A stretch of DNA of 64,000 nt from a virus. The position numbers and the translations under genes were made by a program. Below are positions 18,419-29,000 of this stretch, in pieces (positions within the stretch are counted from its first letter, which is position 1; the number at the start of each line of letters is the position of its first letter). The stretch covers positions 1 to 64,000 of the IMG/VR virus record IMGVR_UViG_3300045988_125079, one strand, 5' to 3'. The notes below the pieces were generated by a model. It searched no databases. It had not been told where the DNA came from and saw nothing but the letters and a program-made list of their open reading frames with translations.

Positions 18419-19519
18419 TTAAAACAAATCGTCTATACCGACCACGCTTGGGTCTTTTGCAGAATAGAATGTCTGTTTATTGATGCAATCACGAAGATAT
18501 TCACAAGTTTTACGATGCCCACACAGATTGGTACAGAAGAAGTTTGGCTTGCCGTTCTTCTCTTCAATCTCACGTGCAGGCCATTCGCCACTGCGTTTTC
18601 GCTCCTCGAACTCGTCCGCTGTTTCGTTTATGTAATCAATACATTCTTTGCGCAATTCATCGGTGACAGGATATGGTCTAACATAAGTAGTCAATTTGAA
18701 CTGGCAGCGAATATCTTCCGGCAGATCATTGATATCGTTCGACTCGATAAATGCCTGGGTAACAATTTCGATCTGCTCACTGTCATACCCGGCGGCTTTC
18801 ATCTTGGAGCGAACGGTTGACCGTAGCGTATAGCCAACTTTGCAACGGTCCAAAATCTTTTCAGCTGGTTTTGCTCGTTTTCCAAATCCGGTTTCGTATG
18901 TAATCTTGCAGTATTTCACCATGAGCCAACAAGGAACGGCTGTTTTGAATCCTGCCTGTTCAAGTGCCAGAGTGTACGCGACCAGCTGACGGCCATAGTG
19001 AAGCAGATCTTCGTCCTTAAACTGACTAGAGGTTTTGATATCCAATACTTGCAACCGGCCATCTGGTAAAATACGAATCAAATCAGCATAGCCTTGGAGA
19101 TACCGGTTTTCGCCCAGTTTCAATATCAGAAGCTTCTCGATTTCATATTTCCCCTTCGGACTCACCCAATCGCGAGCCATGCAACGCATATTAGAAACCC
19201 ATCGGTCTCTGATTCCATTACCGCCATCTCGTGTTTTGGGAAAATCGACACCAAGCATGTCGAGTTCTTCTAATCCTGTTTCAATGGCCAGACCAATATC
19301 AGCTTCAGTATTTTTACCTTCGATAATTCCCTCAAGCACGTCATGGCAAATACTGCCGAGATATGAATACACATTCTGAGCTTGATCACGCGGCTCGATA
19401 TATGTAAGATACGCATTATACGGGCAATCATGGACTGTACCTAATTTCGAATAGCTATACACATGAGCGCCCTTGTCATACAACGCTTGCAGCTCAGGGG
19501 CAATGACTCTCTGTCCCAT
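18419..19519 (-). CDS. PD-(D/E)XK nuclease, RecB/Cas4-like with C-terminal Cys cluster
   Basis: GYADLIRI...VLDIKTS gives the D...D/ExK motif. C-terminal FFCTNLCGHRKTCEY plus N-terminal CPYNAY. Confidence 0.7.
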   Translation of the reverse strand: MGQRVIAPELQALYDKGAHVYSYSKLGTVHDCPYNAYLTYIEPRDQAQNVYSYLGSICHDVLEGIIEGKNTEADIGLAIETGLEELDMLGVDFPKTRDGGNGIRDRWVSNMRCMARDWVSPKGKYEIEKLLILKLGENRYLQGYADLIRILPDGRLQVLDIKTSSQFKDEDLLHYGRQLVAYTLALEQAGFKTAVPCWLMVKYCKITYETGFGKRAKPAEKILDRCKVGYTLRSTVRSKMKAAGYDSEQIEIVTQAFIESNDINDLPEDIRCQFKLTTYVRPYPVTDELRKECIDYINETADEFEERKRSGEWPAREIEEKNGKPNFFCTNLCGHRKTCEYLRDCINKQTFYSAKDPSVVGIDDLF

Positions 19520-19524
19520 TCACA

Positions 19525-20544
19525 TCACTCCTTTACCCATTTCACATACTTTGTTAATCCTTCTTTGTAAGCCTCACGGCCAAGATCTGCGATATTCATC
19601 TTGGAACCTTCTGGAACAAGTCCATCTGACCATATGTAACCCACTTGAGTTTTAAGAATCAGATTGTTTGTGATAAGTTTTTTACACTCATTCACAAGAT
19701 GTTCTTCTTCTAGTCCTTCGTCGTAAGCCAGAATGACCTTTTTAGGAAACAACTTTCGAATATATTTGGCTTGAGTTTCTGATACATGGCAACCACACGT
19801 TGCAAGCGCAATATTACATCCGAAGGAATCACATTGTTGGACAGCCTTTTCTGATTCGAACAAGACAATATTTCCTGTTTCTTGAATACGATGATAGTTT
19901 TCTGTATAGCCGAATAATGTTCGACTACGAGGACATGGAATCAATGGATGCCAGCGTTTTTCATGTTCGCATTCATAATTGGCACGACCCATAAGTCCAA
20001 CAAGCTCACCACTAACTGAGCGCTCAGGAATAGTGATTCGATTTGAAATCTCGTCATAACCTACGCCGAATTTTTCTTGTGTCTCCAAGCTAATACCGTC
20101 TTTTATAAATTGAAGGTTGAATTTACCTGCATATGGCTCAAGCGTTTCTTCTGGATATATTTTCAAATCCTCTAACTCATCTGAATAATCCGGCGATAAC
20201 TTCAAAAAGAAACCACCGAATGGCCAGTGAGTTTTGATATTAAGTTCGTCCATCGAAATTTCAGCTTTAACTGCAGCAAACTTCAAAGCATCGGGGAAAG
20301 AGCATCGCTTGACGTCCATAATCAAGCTGAAAATATTACCTTTTTGATTCGTAGAAAAAACAAAAAAGCGAAGGGTTTTACAGTCAACGAGACAACTTGT
20401 AGGGTTGCGTTGCTCTTCGCGAGCAAACCGCAAATTATTCTTCTGAGGGTTAAATTTGATATTTTCAAACCCAAGAGCTTCAAGGATTTGGATGATTTTG
20501 TCTGGCTGGTTTTCAAGCTTAGACATCAATACGTTGACATCCAC
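19525..20544 (-). CDS. DNA primase (TOPRIM type)
   Basis: LFESEKAVQQ (Toprim Glu) and ILAYDEGLEEE (DxD-like). Lies between helicase and nuclease. Confidence 0.6.
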   Translation of the reverse strand: MDVNVLMSKLENQPDKIIQILEALGFENIKFNPQKNNLRFAREEQRNPTSCLVDCKTLRFFVFSTNQKGNIFSLIMDVKRCSFPDALKFAAVKAEISMDELNIKTHWPFGGFFLKLSPDYSDELEDLKIYPEETLEPYAGKFNLQFIKDGISLETQEKFGVGYDEISNRITIPERSVSGELVGLMGRANYECEHEKRWHPLIPCPRSRTLFGYTENYHRIQETGNIVLFESEKAVQQCDSFGCNIALATCGCHVSETQAKYIRKLFPKKVILAYDEGLEEEHLVNECKKLITNNLILKTQVGYIWSDGLVPEGSKMNIADLGREAYKEGLTKYVKWVKE

Positions 20545-20565
20545 ATAACCACCCCTCCCTTCAAC

Positions 20566-22035
20566 TCATCTGCGGTCGTACATTCCATGATCGTTTGTGA
20601 TCGTGCAATATCCAAGTTCACGCCAAGTGTTCCACGCACCGTCAAACTGGAAAATAATTGTCTGTCCATCTTCATCGTTTCGAGTTTTGTTAAGGAATCC
20701 GACGACGTAGGTTTTATCTTTATCCAGCGTGATTGGCATTTTTACTTTGGGATTATCCTTAGAGCGATAATATGGATCACAATCGAACTTTTCACCGGTA
20801 TATTCGTCTTGCCATAATCTTCTGACCATTAAAAGTTCGCTAACGACCTCTTTAATCTGTTTTGAGTTGCTCAAACACGATGCGTCAAGCCAGCGTTGAT
20901 TCGTAGTATGTAAGGCTAACTGAAACGTACTGATAAAAGCGATTTGTTCTTTATTGACGATATTAAAAATACGTCGGCTGTTCATAAGAAGTGCTTGCCA
21001 CATTTTATCGTCAACTTCATCATCGCTCTTAAACGTATCGTAAACGATAGCTTTCGTTCCAGTTCGTGCCAGCCGCTTAATATGCTTCAATAATTTGTTT
21101 GTGTTGTTTTCGAACATTTTTACAAAGCGAATATTGCTATATCTTTCTTTTGTAATTTGAGCAGCCTTTCGAAGCATGATCCAATCTTCGTCAGAAAAGT
21201 GTCCCATTTTTAATTTCTTTCGAGTGATTTTCCAGTAATTTAATTCTTTCGTAAGAATATGAACTAAGAGCATATTTTTGTATGCCTTAGACATCATCTC
21301 ATTTGAAACAATGGCGACATTTATACCTTTATCAGCAAACGGAATCACCATCATTTCAAAAATGAAGCTGCTCTTACCAGCGCCGCTGTGGCCGGCAAGC
21401 ATGTACATATCACCAATTGGAGCACCAAGCGTCAGATAATTTAAAAGAGGAGCGCCAGACGCATAACTGATTCCTTGATCTTGACCTTCGTTACATTGTT
21501 GAAGATAATTTTCATCAACGACAAGCGATTCAATTTTTGCTTCTTGGCCGGTCGTTAAAGAAACATTATTGTTCAATAACTCAAAAGCTTCATAAACCTC
21601 TTCGTTAGTTGAATTATCAAACCGTTCCGGATGGCTCAACATGTCTTCATAGCGAATGGCTAGAATTTTTAATGAGTTCATCTTTGCGATTTGATCGAAA
21701 TATCCATCGGTGTTATCTACATCAAGCAAATCCATCATTCGTTTACAGGCTTCCCAGCCGTTCAACTCTTGATAATGCTTTCGTAATGTAGGTTTATCTG
21801 CCAGATATGTATCAACTGTGATATTATCGATATTTTGAAATCCCTGCTGACGGATACCGCGGCCTACCAAGAAATAAAAAACCGGCTCTTCACACGAAAG
21901 GGTTTTATCGGTTCCGACGTTTACATTCTTGTAATCATCATATCGCTGCGGATCTTTCCAGAGACAGAAAACAAAGCTCGCTTCAGTTTGTTCACGATTT
22001 GCTTCGATTTTTTCAATCGTCTTGTTTAGATCCAC
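20566..22035 (-). CDS. replicative DNA helicase (DnaB-like)
   Basis: Walker A LAGHSGAGKSSF. RecA-like C-terminal domain. 489 aa. Confidence 0.8.
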   Translation of the reverse strand: MDLNKTIEKIEANREQTEASFVFCLWKDPQRYDDYKNVNVGTDKTLSCEEPVFYFLVGRGIRQQGFQNIDNITVDTYLADKPTLRKHYQELNGWEACKRMMDLLDVDNTDGYFDQIAKMNSLKILAIRYEDMLSHPERFDNSTNEEVYEAFELLNNNVSLTTGQEAKIESLVVDENYLQQCNEGQDQGISYASGAPLLNYLTLGAPIGDMYMLAGHSGAGKSSFIFEMMVIPFADKGINVAIVSNEMMSKAYKNMLLVHILTKELNYWKITRKKLKMGHFSDEDWIMLRKAAQITKERYSNIRFVKMFENNTNKLLKHIKRLARTGTKAIVYDTFKSDDEVDDKMWQALLMNSRRIFNIVNKEQIAFISTFQLALHTTNQRWLDASCLSNSKQIKEVVSELLMVRRLWQDEYTGEKFDCDPYYRSKDNPKVKMPITLDKDKTYVVGFLNKTRNDEDGQTIIFQFDGAWNTWRELGYCTITNDHGMYDRR

Positions 22036-22616
22036 AAATCGTCACCTCCAAGTAAACTGCTTACGTCATTCCCTTTATGCACTGTGCCAACGTCTGATAA
22101 ATCAACCATCGTATCCAGATCAGGACGAGACTCTTCCTTAACTGTTTTTTCAGTCTTATTTTTCTCGCGGCGGTACACGGCAGCAATGTTATTTCGAACA
22201 ATGGCCATTAAATAATTGGCTTTCGCTGTATCATCAGAAAAATTCTTGTTCGTGATTGCCCATTGAATTGCGGTACGTTTCTCATCCAAAGTCATCTGAA
22301 TGATTTCATCAGAATAGAACTCCAATTCCTTTAGCCGGCGGAACACCACTGTTGGCATCGGTTGTCCTCCATTAAGATCATAACCAATCAAGCCAGCAAT
22401 CGTGTCACACAATTTTTTATAAGACTCTGCAGTCCGCCCGGGCTTCTTTTGAGGCTTGGGTTTCTCCTTCCGAGCTTTTTCCTTCCGACGACCTTCAAGC
22501 CACGCCTGATAAACGGCTTCAGACTGAAAATATCTATTGTTGGGAGCCTTGTAGAATTGCTCTTTTAGACCTTCAACTCCCGTGGCCATACATTTGACCA
22601 TTTTTGATTTCGCCAT
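22026..22616 (-). CDS. hypothetical replication-module protein
   Basis: Lies between helicase and ATPase. Has a basic K/R-rich linker. No motif recognised. Confidence 0.45.
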   Translation of the reverse strand: MAKSKMVKCMATGVEGLKEQFYKAPNNRYFQSEAVYQAWLEGRRKEKARKEKPKPQKKPGRTAESYKKLCDTIAGLIGYDLNGGQPMPTVVFRRLKELEFYSDEIIQMTLDEKRTAIQWAITNKNFSDDTAKANYLMAIVRNNIAAVYRREKNKTEKTVKEESRPDLDTMVDLSDVGTVHKGNDVSSLLGGDDLWI

Positions 22617-22689
22617 ATTTCCTACCTCAAACTGCCCACCATCCCACCACTACGCAAATTAGTTGGTCGTCAAAATACTATAGGTTGTA

Positions 22690-23814
22690 TCAACTGACCA
22701 AAAAATAAGCGCTCTTCAGTTCGTTGATAGGAAACGCCGGATCACTAAACTTCAGATTGACCTTGTCTCGAATCGCTTTGATCTGAGCTTTGACATCATC
22801 AGAGGCATTGCCGTAACGATCCTGAATAGCACTGACCCACTCAGCGCGATGAGGTTCATCTTGAGCTGCACCAACATACTGCTTTGCACGCTCGGCCTGT
22901 ACGGATTCGACTTCCTTCTTATCTGCCGCCTGCTTCTTCATGTCGGCTTCATAAGAGCGACCACCCTTATCATGTTCTGCCTTAATTGCGTCAGTCAGAG
23001 CTTTGATGAATTCATCCGCATCCAGAGGAATACGGTCTACAATATCAGCAAAACGACTCTTAGAATCGACGGAGAAGTTGTCATCACGGAAGCAAATCAC
23101 ACGACGCTCAGACTTAACCTTGCCGACAATTTCTTCTTTTCCGTTGACAACATTCTTACGACCAGTTTTTACCTTATCAATGTCACGATCAACATAAGCG
23201 ACACCAACGACATCAACCTTGTTCTTCAGTGAGTTAAAATACCGCTTGTCCATATTGGTGGACAGCATAGAATAGCTTGCCAGCGTCACAGGATCAGTAA
23301 TGTCAGTCTTCTTGGTATGACCAATAATAATCGGGCTGATACCAACACGCTTTAGTTCCCACAGACGGTCAACAACAATTTCAGTTGCTTTATCAGTAGG
23401 CCCATTAAAGCCACCATAACATGCCTTAAAAGACTTGGTTCTCTTATCAGCAGGACAATCGCGGTTCCAAAGTCTAACAGTTTCCTCTTCCGCCATCTGC
23501 ATCAGCTCATCAATAGTATCAATGACAACGACCTTTAAATCCTGATAATCAGAAAATCGATTTTCAATAATATCCATCGTGACATCATCGAAATGTTCCC
23601 AGTCCCATACAGGCTCCTGAACAATGCCCTCGATAGTAGCCTGGTCTGCTTCCTTACCGCATGTCAGGAAGATATAGCCTTCGTCGCCAACCATCTTTTC
23701 ACAGACCTGTTTGATCACAGTAGTTTTACCGATGCCGCCTTCACCCATCAGATAGATGCTGTAATCGAGCGGATTCAGGCTAATTTCGGTTTTCTTACCA
23801 TATTTACGCGCCAT
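22690..23814 (-). CDS. P-loop ATPase (RecA-like/Sak4-like fold candidate)
   Basis: Walker A MGEGGIGKTT and Walker B VVVIDTIDE. Confidence 0.65.
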   Translation of the reverse strand: MARKYGKKTEISLNPLDYSIYLMGEGGIGKTTVIKQVCEKMVGDEGYIFLTCGKEADQATIEGIVQEPVWDWEHFDDVTMDIIENRFSDYQDLKVVVIDTIDELMQMAEEETVRLWNRDCPADKRTKSFKACYGGFNGPTDKATEIVVDRLWELKRVGISPIIIGHTKKTDITDPVTLASYSMLSTNMDKRYFNSLKNKVDVVGVAYVDRDIDKVKTGRKNVVNGKEEIVGKVKSERRVICFRDDNFSVDSKSRFADIVDRIPLDADEFIKALTDAIKAEHDKGGRSYEADMKKQAADKKEVESVQAERAKQYVGAAQDEPHRAEWVSAIQDRYGNASDDVKAQIKAIRDKVNLKFSDPAFPINELKSAYFLVS

Positions 23815-23857
23815 TATGTACTCTCCTTTTTATTCATTCCACGGAAGATCAACCAAC

Positions 23858-24976
23858 TTAAAACATAGTGTCGATATCATCATCACCGTCTTCCGATGCC
23901 TCGACTACAGGATCAGCCTTTGTCTTGATCTTAGCCTTGGAACCGCCCTTCATCATATCGTCCACACTCTCATCGGATACCGGGACCCAGACCTCATCTT
24001 CGAACTCGCGAGCGGTAAAGTCAGACTCAGCGGCAGTCTTACAAGTTTCAAACTCTCCCGTCAGAATAGGCTTTACCAGACGCAGCTCATTGATACGCTG
24101 ACCATAAATTGGACCTCGACGGAAATCCTCCAGCTTAGAAATACCTAATTCAATCTGCTCCTTCTGCTGCTCGCTTAGAGTATCCTCGCTAAATTCAACC
24201 TCTTCAGCACCATTAACGACAGCAAGCTGCCAATTCATATGTACAGGATTACGAGACTTAGTTTCCAGATAACGCATCTTGTAATCATGGATAGCCTTGT
24301 GCTTCGGCTTGTCCATATCAAAGACTGCGGTATTAAAAACGGTATCGATTTTGAACATCTTACGAGCAGCATCCACCTTAGACCACATCGGGGTGTAACA
24401 GTGCATAGTAATCTTGCCGCCAGTCTTCAGGTCACTCTTATCCATGCTGTCCTTGTCGTAGTACAGATCCAGATTCATGGTTAGATGCGGAGTATCATTC
24501 TTGCCTGGCATGAACACATTCTGAATCTGAAATTCACGATAGACTTGATTGCTGTACTTACCAGTACCGGGACGCAGATTAAAGTTGCCAGTGACGACAA
24601 TATCGTCTTCATAACCAGCCAGAGCAGCTTCCAGATACTCAATCATATCCCACTCAGTAATGAATTCCTTGTGTTCACCAAGATTCACTGTAAACTTCTT
24701 GGTGCCAGAAACCATCTTGATAACGTCTTCATCCAGACGGTCATCCCATGCGACTTCAATGTTGTTGCCATCGACGTCGCGAGTCTTAATTGTATCATTC
24801 TTAAAGCCATTCAGCGTGACGTAGCCCATATTAGTGCCAGCCTTAACTCCAAAATTGATAGTAGCCTTTTCATTGGAACCAAAAGTTTCACGTTTCACCA
24901 TTGGAGCCTTTCGAGAAACGGAAACTTTACCGCAAAAATTAAAACGTGCATAAACGTCGTTCTTCTTATCTGCCAT
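23858..24976 (-). CDS. single-stranded-DNA-binding-like protein (non-canonical)
   Basis: Acidic C-terminal tip EDGDDDIDTMF resembles SSB tails. Position in the replication module fits. The fold is not verifiable here. Confidence 0.45.
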   Translation of the reverse strand: MADKKNDVYARFNFCGKVSVSRKAPMVKRETFGSNEKATINFGVKAGTNMGYVTLNGFKNDTIKTRDVDGNNIEVAWDDRLDEDVIKMVSGTKKFTVNLGEHKEFITEWDMIEYLEAALAGYEDDIVVTGNFNLRPGTGKYSNQVYREFQIQNVFMPGKNDTPHLTMNLDLYYDKDSMDKSDLKTGGKITMHCYTPMWSKVDAARKMFKIDTVFNTAVFDMDKPKHKAIHDYKMRYLETKSRNPVHMNWQLAVVNGAEEVEFSEDTLSEQQKEQIELGISKLEDFRRGPIYGQRINELRLVKPILTGEFETCKTAAESDFTAREFEDEVWVPVSDESVDDMMKGGSKAKIKTKADPVVEASEDGDDDIDTMF

Positions 24977-25000
24977 ATGTACCTCCTGTTATGTAAAAAA

Positions 25001-25249
25001 TTAGTAATCAGCTTCTTCTGTGGTTTTATTTTCCCAAGAAGGCAAAATCGTGCCGAACTGAATAATTTTTGGCTCATGCTTACAGCGAGAAATAAATTCA
25101 TCGGCCAATTTGTCGATGCAATCTGAACAAAGAACAAATCGCATTCGATCTCCATCACGTTTACTTCCATACGGAAAAACGACTTGCTGTTCGCCCAAAA
25201 CGTCTTCATCGATATCGCTTAAGGTTTTACCACAAAAATTGCAAATCAT
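25001..25249 (-). CDS. small zinc-ribbon protein
   Basis: CNFCGK ... CSDCIDK. Confidence 0.45.
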   Translation of the reverse strand: MICNFCGKTLSDIDEDVLGEQQVVFPYGSKRDGDRMRFVLCSDCIDKLADEFISRCKHEPKIIQFGTILPSWENKTTEEADY

Positions 25250-25349
25250 ATTATGTCTCCTATCTAATTTGATTTGTTACTATCGCATTAGATTCGGAGA
25301 TGCTCGTCCATATAGCATCGGTAGTCCCCTTTCGTTTTTTATTTATAAA

Positions 25350-26075
25350 TCACTTCAGTTCTATGATATCAACAAAAAGCATCACATAGTCATCAGTGTA
25401 TTTATCTCCATGAAAGTGGCCAAAATACCACATCGGTTTTTTATTCGCCGGGAATTGCTCGTAAAGATCATCAAAAAACTCTTCTGTTGACGTATCAACC
25501 GTACTCTGGTCAATGCAATCCAGGAACAACTCTTTTGGTTCAAAACGTAGCGGACAAGTATGGGTCAACATAATGTCAATAGGAAAGTCATGTACCATCA
25601 ATCTGACAAGACCCTTAATTAATTCATTTGGTTGTTCATCCGGCCACCAATTCCAGTGATTTTGCAGTCGGTAATACTTATCAACAGAATAAGCGCCACC
25701 ACATACCAAAGCATTCAGCCAACGCTCAGGTGTTTTGATTTTATAAATTGCACCGTCAATAGCAAAATACTGATTAGGATATTCTGGATTCCACATCATT
25801 GATCCTTGAATAGAGCCTTCAGAAACATCTACCTGTTTATATCCATCCGATTCACTCGGCCTCCGTTCATGGTTACCGTGGATACAGAACATCTTGATAG
25901 GGAGTTTAGCGGCTTCATTTTTGAGAGAAATTTCTTCTTTGGATTTTGCCCCATAGTAATTCAGGCCAACATCACCGAGACAGATCAACCAATCGTCGGT
26001 TGTTGTTTTATGGTTGTTGCAAAAGTTTTCGATACTCCAAAAGCGCCATGGATCACCATGAATATCACCTGTCAT
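25350..26075 (-). CDS. metallophosphoesterase (calcineurin-like Ser/Thr phosphatase family)
   Basis: GDIHGD, GDVGLNY, GNHE and THTCP motifs. ATG at 26075 gives the usual MTGDIHGD start. Confidence 0.85.
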   Translation of the reverse strand: MTGDIHGDPWRFWSIENFCNNHKTTTDDWLICLGDVGLNYYGAKSKEEISLKNEAAKLPIKMFCIHGNHERRPSESDGYKQVDVSEGSIQGSMMWNPEYPNQYFAIDGAIYKIKTPERWLNALVCGGAYSVDKYYRLQNHWNWWPDEQPNELIKGLVRLMVHDFPIDIMLTHTCPLRFEPKELFLDCIDQSTVDTSTEEFFDDLYEQFPANKKPMWYFGHFHGDKYTDDYVMLFVDIIELK

Positions 26076-26232
26076 ATAAACGCTCAAATTTAAACACCTC
26101 TTTCAATATATCATCACAGTTGTTTTCGTATTTGCATCCAGAACAGTCTAAACCGTCATCGGCACGCTTAACACAAGTGTCCACAAGTTCTTTATATTTT
26201 GTTTCCATCAATTCAAGCTTAACTCTATTCAT
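26065..26232 (-). CDS. hypothetical small protein (55 aa, below the track cutoff)
   Basis: Hand translation gives MNRVKLELMETKYKELVDTCVKRADDGLDCSGCKYENNCDDILKEVFKFERLYDR. Confidence 0.3.
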   Translation of the reverse strand: MNRVKLELMETKYKELVDTCVKRADDGLDCSGCKYENNCDDILKEVFKFERLYDR

Positions 26233-26318
26233 ATTACTGTCACCTTTTTACCATTACCCGAATAGAATTTAATTCTTCACCCGTGAATATCTTTTATTCT
26301 CCTTTGATTTTATTTTTT

Positions 26319-26393
26319 TGGTTGCGCCAGCAAGGATCGAACTTGCGTATGGCTGAGTCAAAGTCAGCTGCCTTACCACTTGGCTATGACGCA
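26319..26393 (-). tRNA. tRNA-Gln (anticodon UUG), CCA encoded
   Basis: Hand-folded cloverleaf. Acceptor UGCGUCA/UGGCGCA, anticodon loop CUUUGAC, T-arm GCAAG-UUCGAUC-CUUGC. Confidence 0.85.
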
Positions 26394-26438
26394 TCATATA
26401 AGGCGGTACCCAGTGCTACCTGAGCACCGCCGAGAGTT

Positions 26439-26543
26439 TTACATCTTAGGAGTAGGACGATTGAAGAAATGTCCTGCCAAGAACGACACGATCATTAATG
26501 CTCCAACAATCCAAATTGCTTTACTGATTTCAATCCAGATCAA
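26439..26543 (-). CDS. candidate 34-aa hydrophobic peptide (TTG start)
   Basis: GGTGA lies 6 nt before a TTG. Product (M)IWIEISKAIWIVGALMIVSFLAGHFFNRPTPKM. Directly follows the SBP-OmpA gene. Confidence 0.25.
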   Translation of the reverse strand: MIWIEISKAIWIVGALMIVSFLAGHFFNRPTPKM

Positions 26544-26554
26544 TCTGAATCACC

Positions 26555-28141
26555 TCAGTTCTCAATTCGCATGAAACTGATATCGGTAGACTGATACACA
26601 CTTGCATCGCCGCTCAGAGTGCCAGCCGCCTTATCTGCCTGATACTTTGCGTTGCCGGAACCAGTGACAATCAGTCGATTCTGATCAATGCCCTGAGAAG
26701 CTAGATAATTCGCAACGGTCTGCGCACGATTCACAGATAGCTGAACACCAAAATCGGTCTGAACATCTGCATTGATATTGCCGTTGATGACGATCATGGT
26801 GCCATCCAGAGTCTTAGCGATGTCAACGAAATCATTCAGAACAGAAGCAGCACTTGCCTGATCGGTAAACACAGAAGAATCCGGTACGAAAGTCACATTG
26901 GCGGTCTTACTCAGCATGGAATCATAGTCCAAATTGCCAGTGACCTGCTGAGTGATGTTTGCACGGGTCTCGTCGCTTACAGTTACCTTTGTAGTAGCAT
27001 TTGCAGCAGAAGTAGACTTGAAATCACTCTTGAGCGCATCGATATATGTAGTATCAAACAGCGTATTTACGAGATCACGATTAACGGTTTCACCCAGACC
27101 CTCCCAAATATCGCACATCTGGTTATAAATCATCGGAGCGGTATCATTCAGAATATTGTAGTTGTCTTTCCAGCTTGCCATCTTAGCGTTTGCATAAGTC
27201 GCATCAATATCGGCATCAGAAGAAGTAGAGTACATCGGGAACACTTCACGAGCTGCATTGTAATTGATAGGCTGGTCATAAGACATCAGAATGCCCTGAA
27301 CGAACTTCTTGACGGTATCTTCATGAGCCGCTGCCCAATCTGCGTCAAACACAATACCGTCCATAACCAGAGAGGAGGAAGACTTCGTATCAAACACGAC
27401 AGTGCTATTGGTGTAAGTCTTGGCCTGAGTCAAATAAGGTTCCCATGTTGCAGCTACATCAATCTGACCAGCGAAATATGCCTTAGCGGTATCGTCTGCG
27501 GTGCCGAACATAATCAGATTGTTCATGATAGTCGCCTTGTCAGCATCAGACAGACTGGAATTATTAACGAACCAAGCAACCAGAGTCTCCGCCTCAGAGA
27601 ACTCAGGGACACCGATCTTGGCATTGACCCACGAATTCACATCCGCAAACTGAGTGGAAGCGATAATACCATCGCCGCCGTAGCTGTAGTTGGTAAAAAT
27701 TGGCATGATAACATTCTTGCCAGCGTCAGTGAACTTCTGAGACAGGAATGCGACACGGTTCGTAGTATAGCCAGCAGCCTGCAGATCACCAGAGATCAGA
27801 GCGTTACTGGACTCAGTAGCGTCGTTGATGACATTGATATTCACCTTGATGCCGAGCTGATCAAACACAGAACCGGGCTGAGTAGTGAGACCACCATTTG
27901 CCGTAATGCAGCTCAACCACCCCGCCCACTCATCCAGAGACAGATTGATCGTATCATCCCCAGCGGAATTAGACGGCTTATCTGTACTGATAGAAGTGCT
28001 CGGCTTTGATGTAGTCGGCTTCTTCTTATCGAACTTAATCACGCCGCTCTTGATGCTGCCAACGACACCAATAGCAACAGCCACCGCAAGAACCACGCCA
28101 ACAACAGCACGGCCAGCCTTAGTCAATTTGAACTTAGACAT
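26555..28141 (-). CDS. membrane-anchored NitT/TauT (NMT1)-type substrate-binding domain fused to a C-terminal OmpA/MotB-like domain
   Basis: N-terminal TM (AVVGVVLAVAVAIGVVG). SBP-like core. C-terminus NRAQTVANYLASQGIDQNRLIVTGSGNAKY matches the OmpA_C motif. Confidence 0.7.
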   Translation of the reverse strand: MSKFKLTKAGRAVVGVVLAVAVAIGVVGSIKSGVIKFDKKKPTTSKPSTSISTDKPSNSAGDDTINLSLDEWAGWLSCITANGGLTTQPGSVFDQLGIKVNINVINDATESSNALISGDLQAAGYTTNRVAFLSQKFTDAGKNVIMPIFTNYSYGGDGIIASTQFADVNSWVNAKIGVPEFSEAETLVAWFVNNSSLSDADKATIMNNLIMFGTADDTAKAYFAGQIDVAATWEPYLTQAKTYTNSTVVFDTKSSSSLVMDGIVFDADWAAAHEDTVKKFVQGILMSYDQPINYNAAREVFPMYSTSSDADIDATYANAKMASWKDNYNILNDTAPMIYNQMCDIWEGLGETVNRDLVNTLFDTTYIDALKSDFKSTSAANATTKVTVSDETRANITQQVTGNLDYDSMLSKTANVTFVPDSSVFTDQASAASVLNDFVDIAKTLDGTMIVINGNINADVQTDFGVQLSVNRAQTVANYLASQGIDQNRLIVTGSGNAKYQADKAAGTLSGDASVYQSTDISFMRIEN

Positions 28142-28169
28142 GTTATTCTCTCCTATTTGATTTTTAATT

Positions 28170-29000
28170 TTATTTCTTGGACTGAGTATTCAATCCAGAC
28201 GATTTAGTAAAGGCATTGATATCCTTAATGTCGTATGTGATGGGTTTCGCAGTCCCCTTCTTTAGACTCTCCAGATAATCATTCACCTTATAATCAGCAG
28301 TTTTCGCATTGGCCTTATCCAATTTACCATCACGACTTGATTGATACAGGACCTTTGCGCCAGCTGCTTTCTCGCGACTCTCCTGCAGACCATCACGAGT
28401 AGCATTGAGCATCTTATCTGTACCAGTAGCAGAACGAAACTTACCAACAGAATCATATGCGGCCGAAATCTGCTCATTAGCCTGCATCTCGGAGACGACA
28501 TCTTTACTCTCACGTTTTAGAGCTGCCAGCTGATTTTCTAACTTTTCTTTGATGTTTTTCATTTCTTCAACTGCCGGGCGCATTTTAGCATACTGCTGAG
28601 ACAGATTCTCCATAGCGTCCATTTCTTCCTGAAGATTACGAGCAAAAATAGTAGCAGACTCTTCGTCGCCACGACTCATAGCGGACTTAGCGCGTTTATC
28701 GTAATCTTCAGCTCGTTTCTGCGCGGAGGCGAACTGATCTTGAATCGTCTTGAGCTTGCCAGTTAAATTTCTCAGAGTGTAGCACGCATCGTTATATTGA
28801 TCGGTTGCCTCATCAATCTTCTGTGCATAGATTGCCTTGGCTCCTTCAGGAGTCTTAGCTGTGTCCTGCACAAACTTTTGAAGAAATCCACCAGCGAGAG
28901 TCTTAATTTGCTCTCTCCAAGACGGGAACAGAACCAGACTGATTACAAATGCACCACTGACACAAATGACCACAAACTCAGGAATGGTTAAAGAAAACAT
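28170..29000 (-). CDS. PspA/IM30 (ESCRT-III-like) family protein with N-terminal TM segment
   Basis: Long coiled coil with a PspA-like pattern (AKSAMSRGDEESATIFARNLQEEMDAMENL...). TGATG overlap with the upstream gene. Confidence 0.6.
   Translation of the reverse strand: MFSLTIPEFVVICVSGAFVISLVLFPSWREQIKTLAGGFLQKFVQDTAKTPEGAKAIYAQKIDEATDQYNDACYTLRNLTGKLKTIQDQFASAQKRAEDYDKRAKSAMSRGDEESATIFARNLQEEMDAMENLSQQYAKMRPAVEEMKNIKEKLENQLAALKRESKDVVSEMQANEQISAAYDSVGKFRSATGTDKMLNATRDGLQESREKAAGAKVLYQSSRDGKLDKANAKTADYKVNDYLESLKKGTAKPITYDIKDINAFTKSSGLNTQSKK

Noticed and set aside
25250-25349. Hairpin GATGCT-N9-AGCATC followed by a T-run, as a terminator
   Set aside because: The T-run follows the hairpin only on the plus strand, where there are no genes. 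On the coding strand it is not followed by a U tract.
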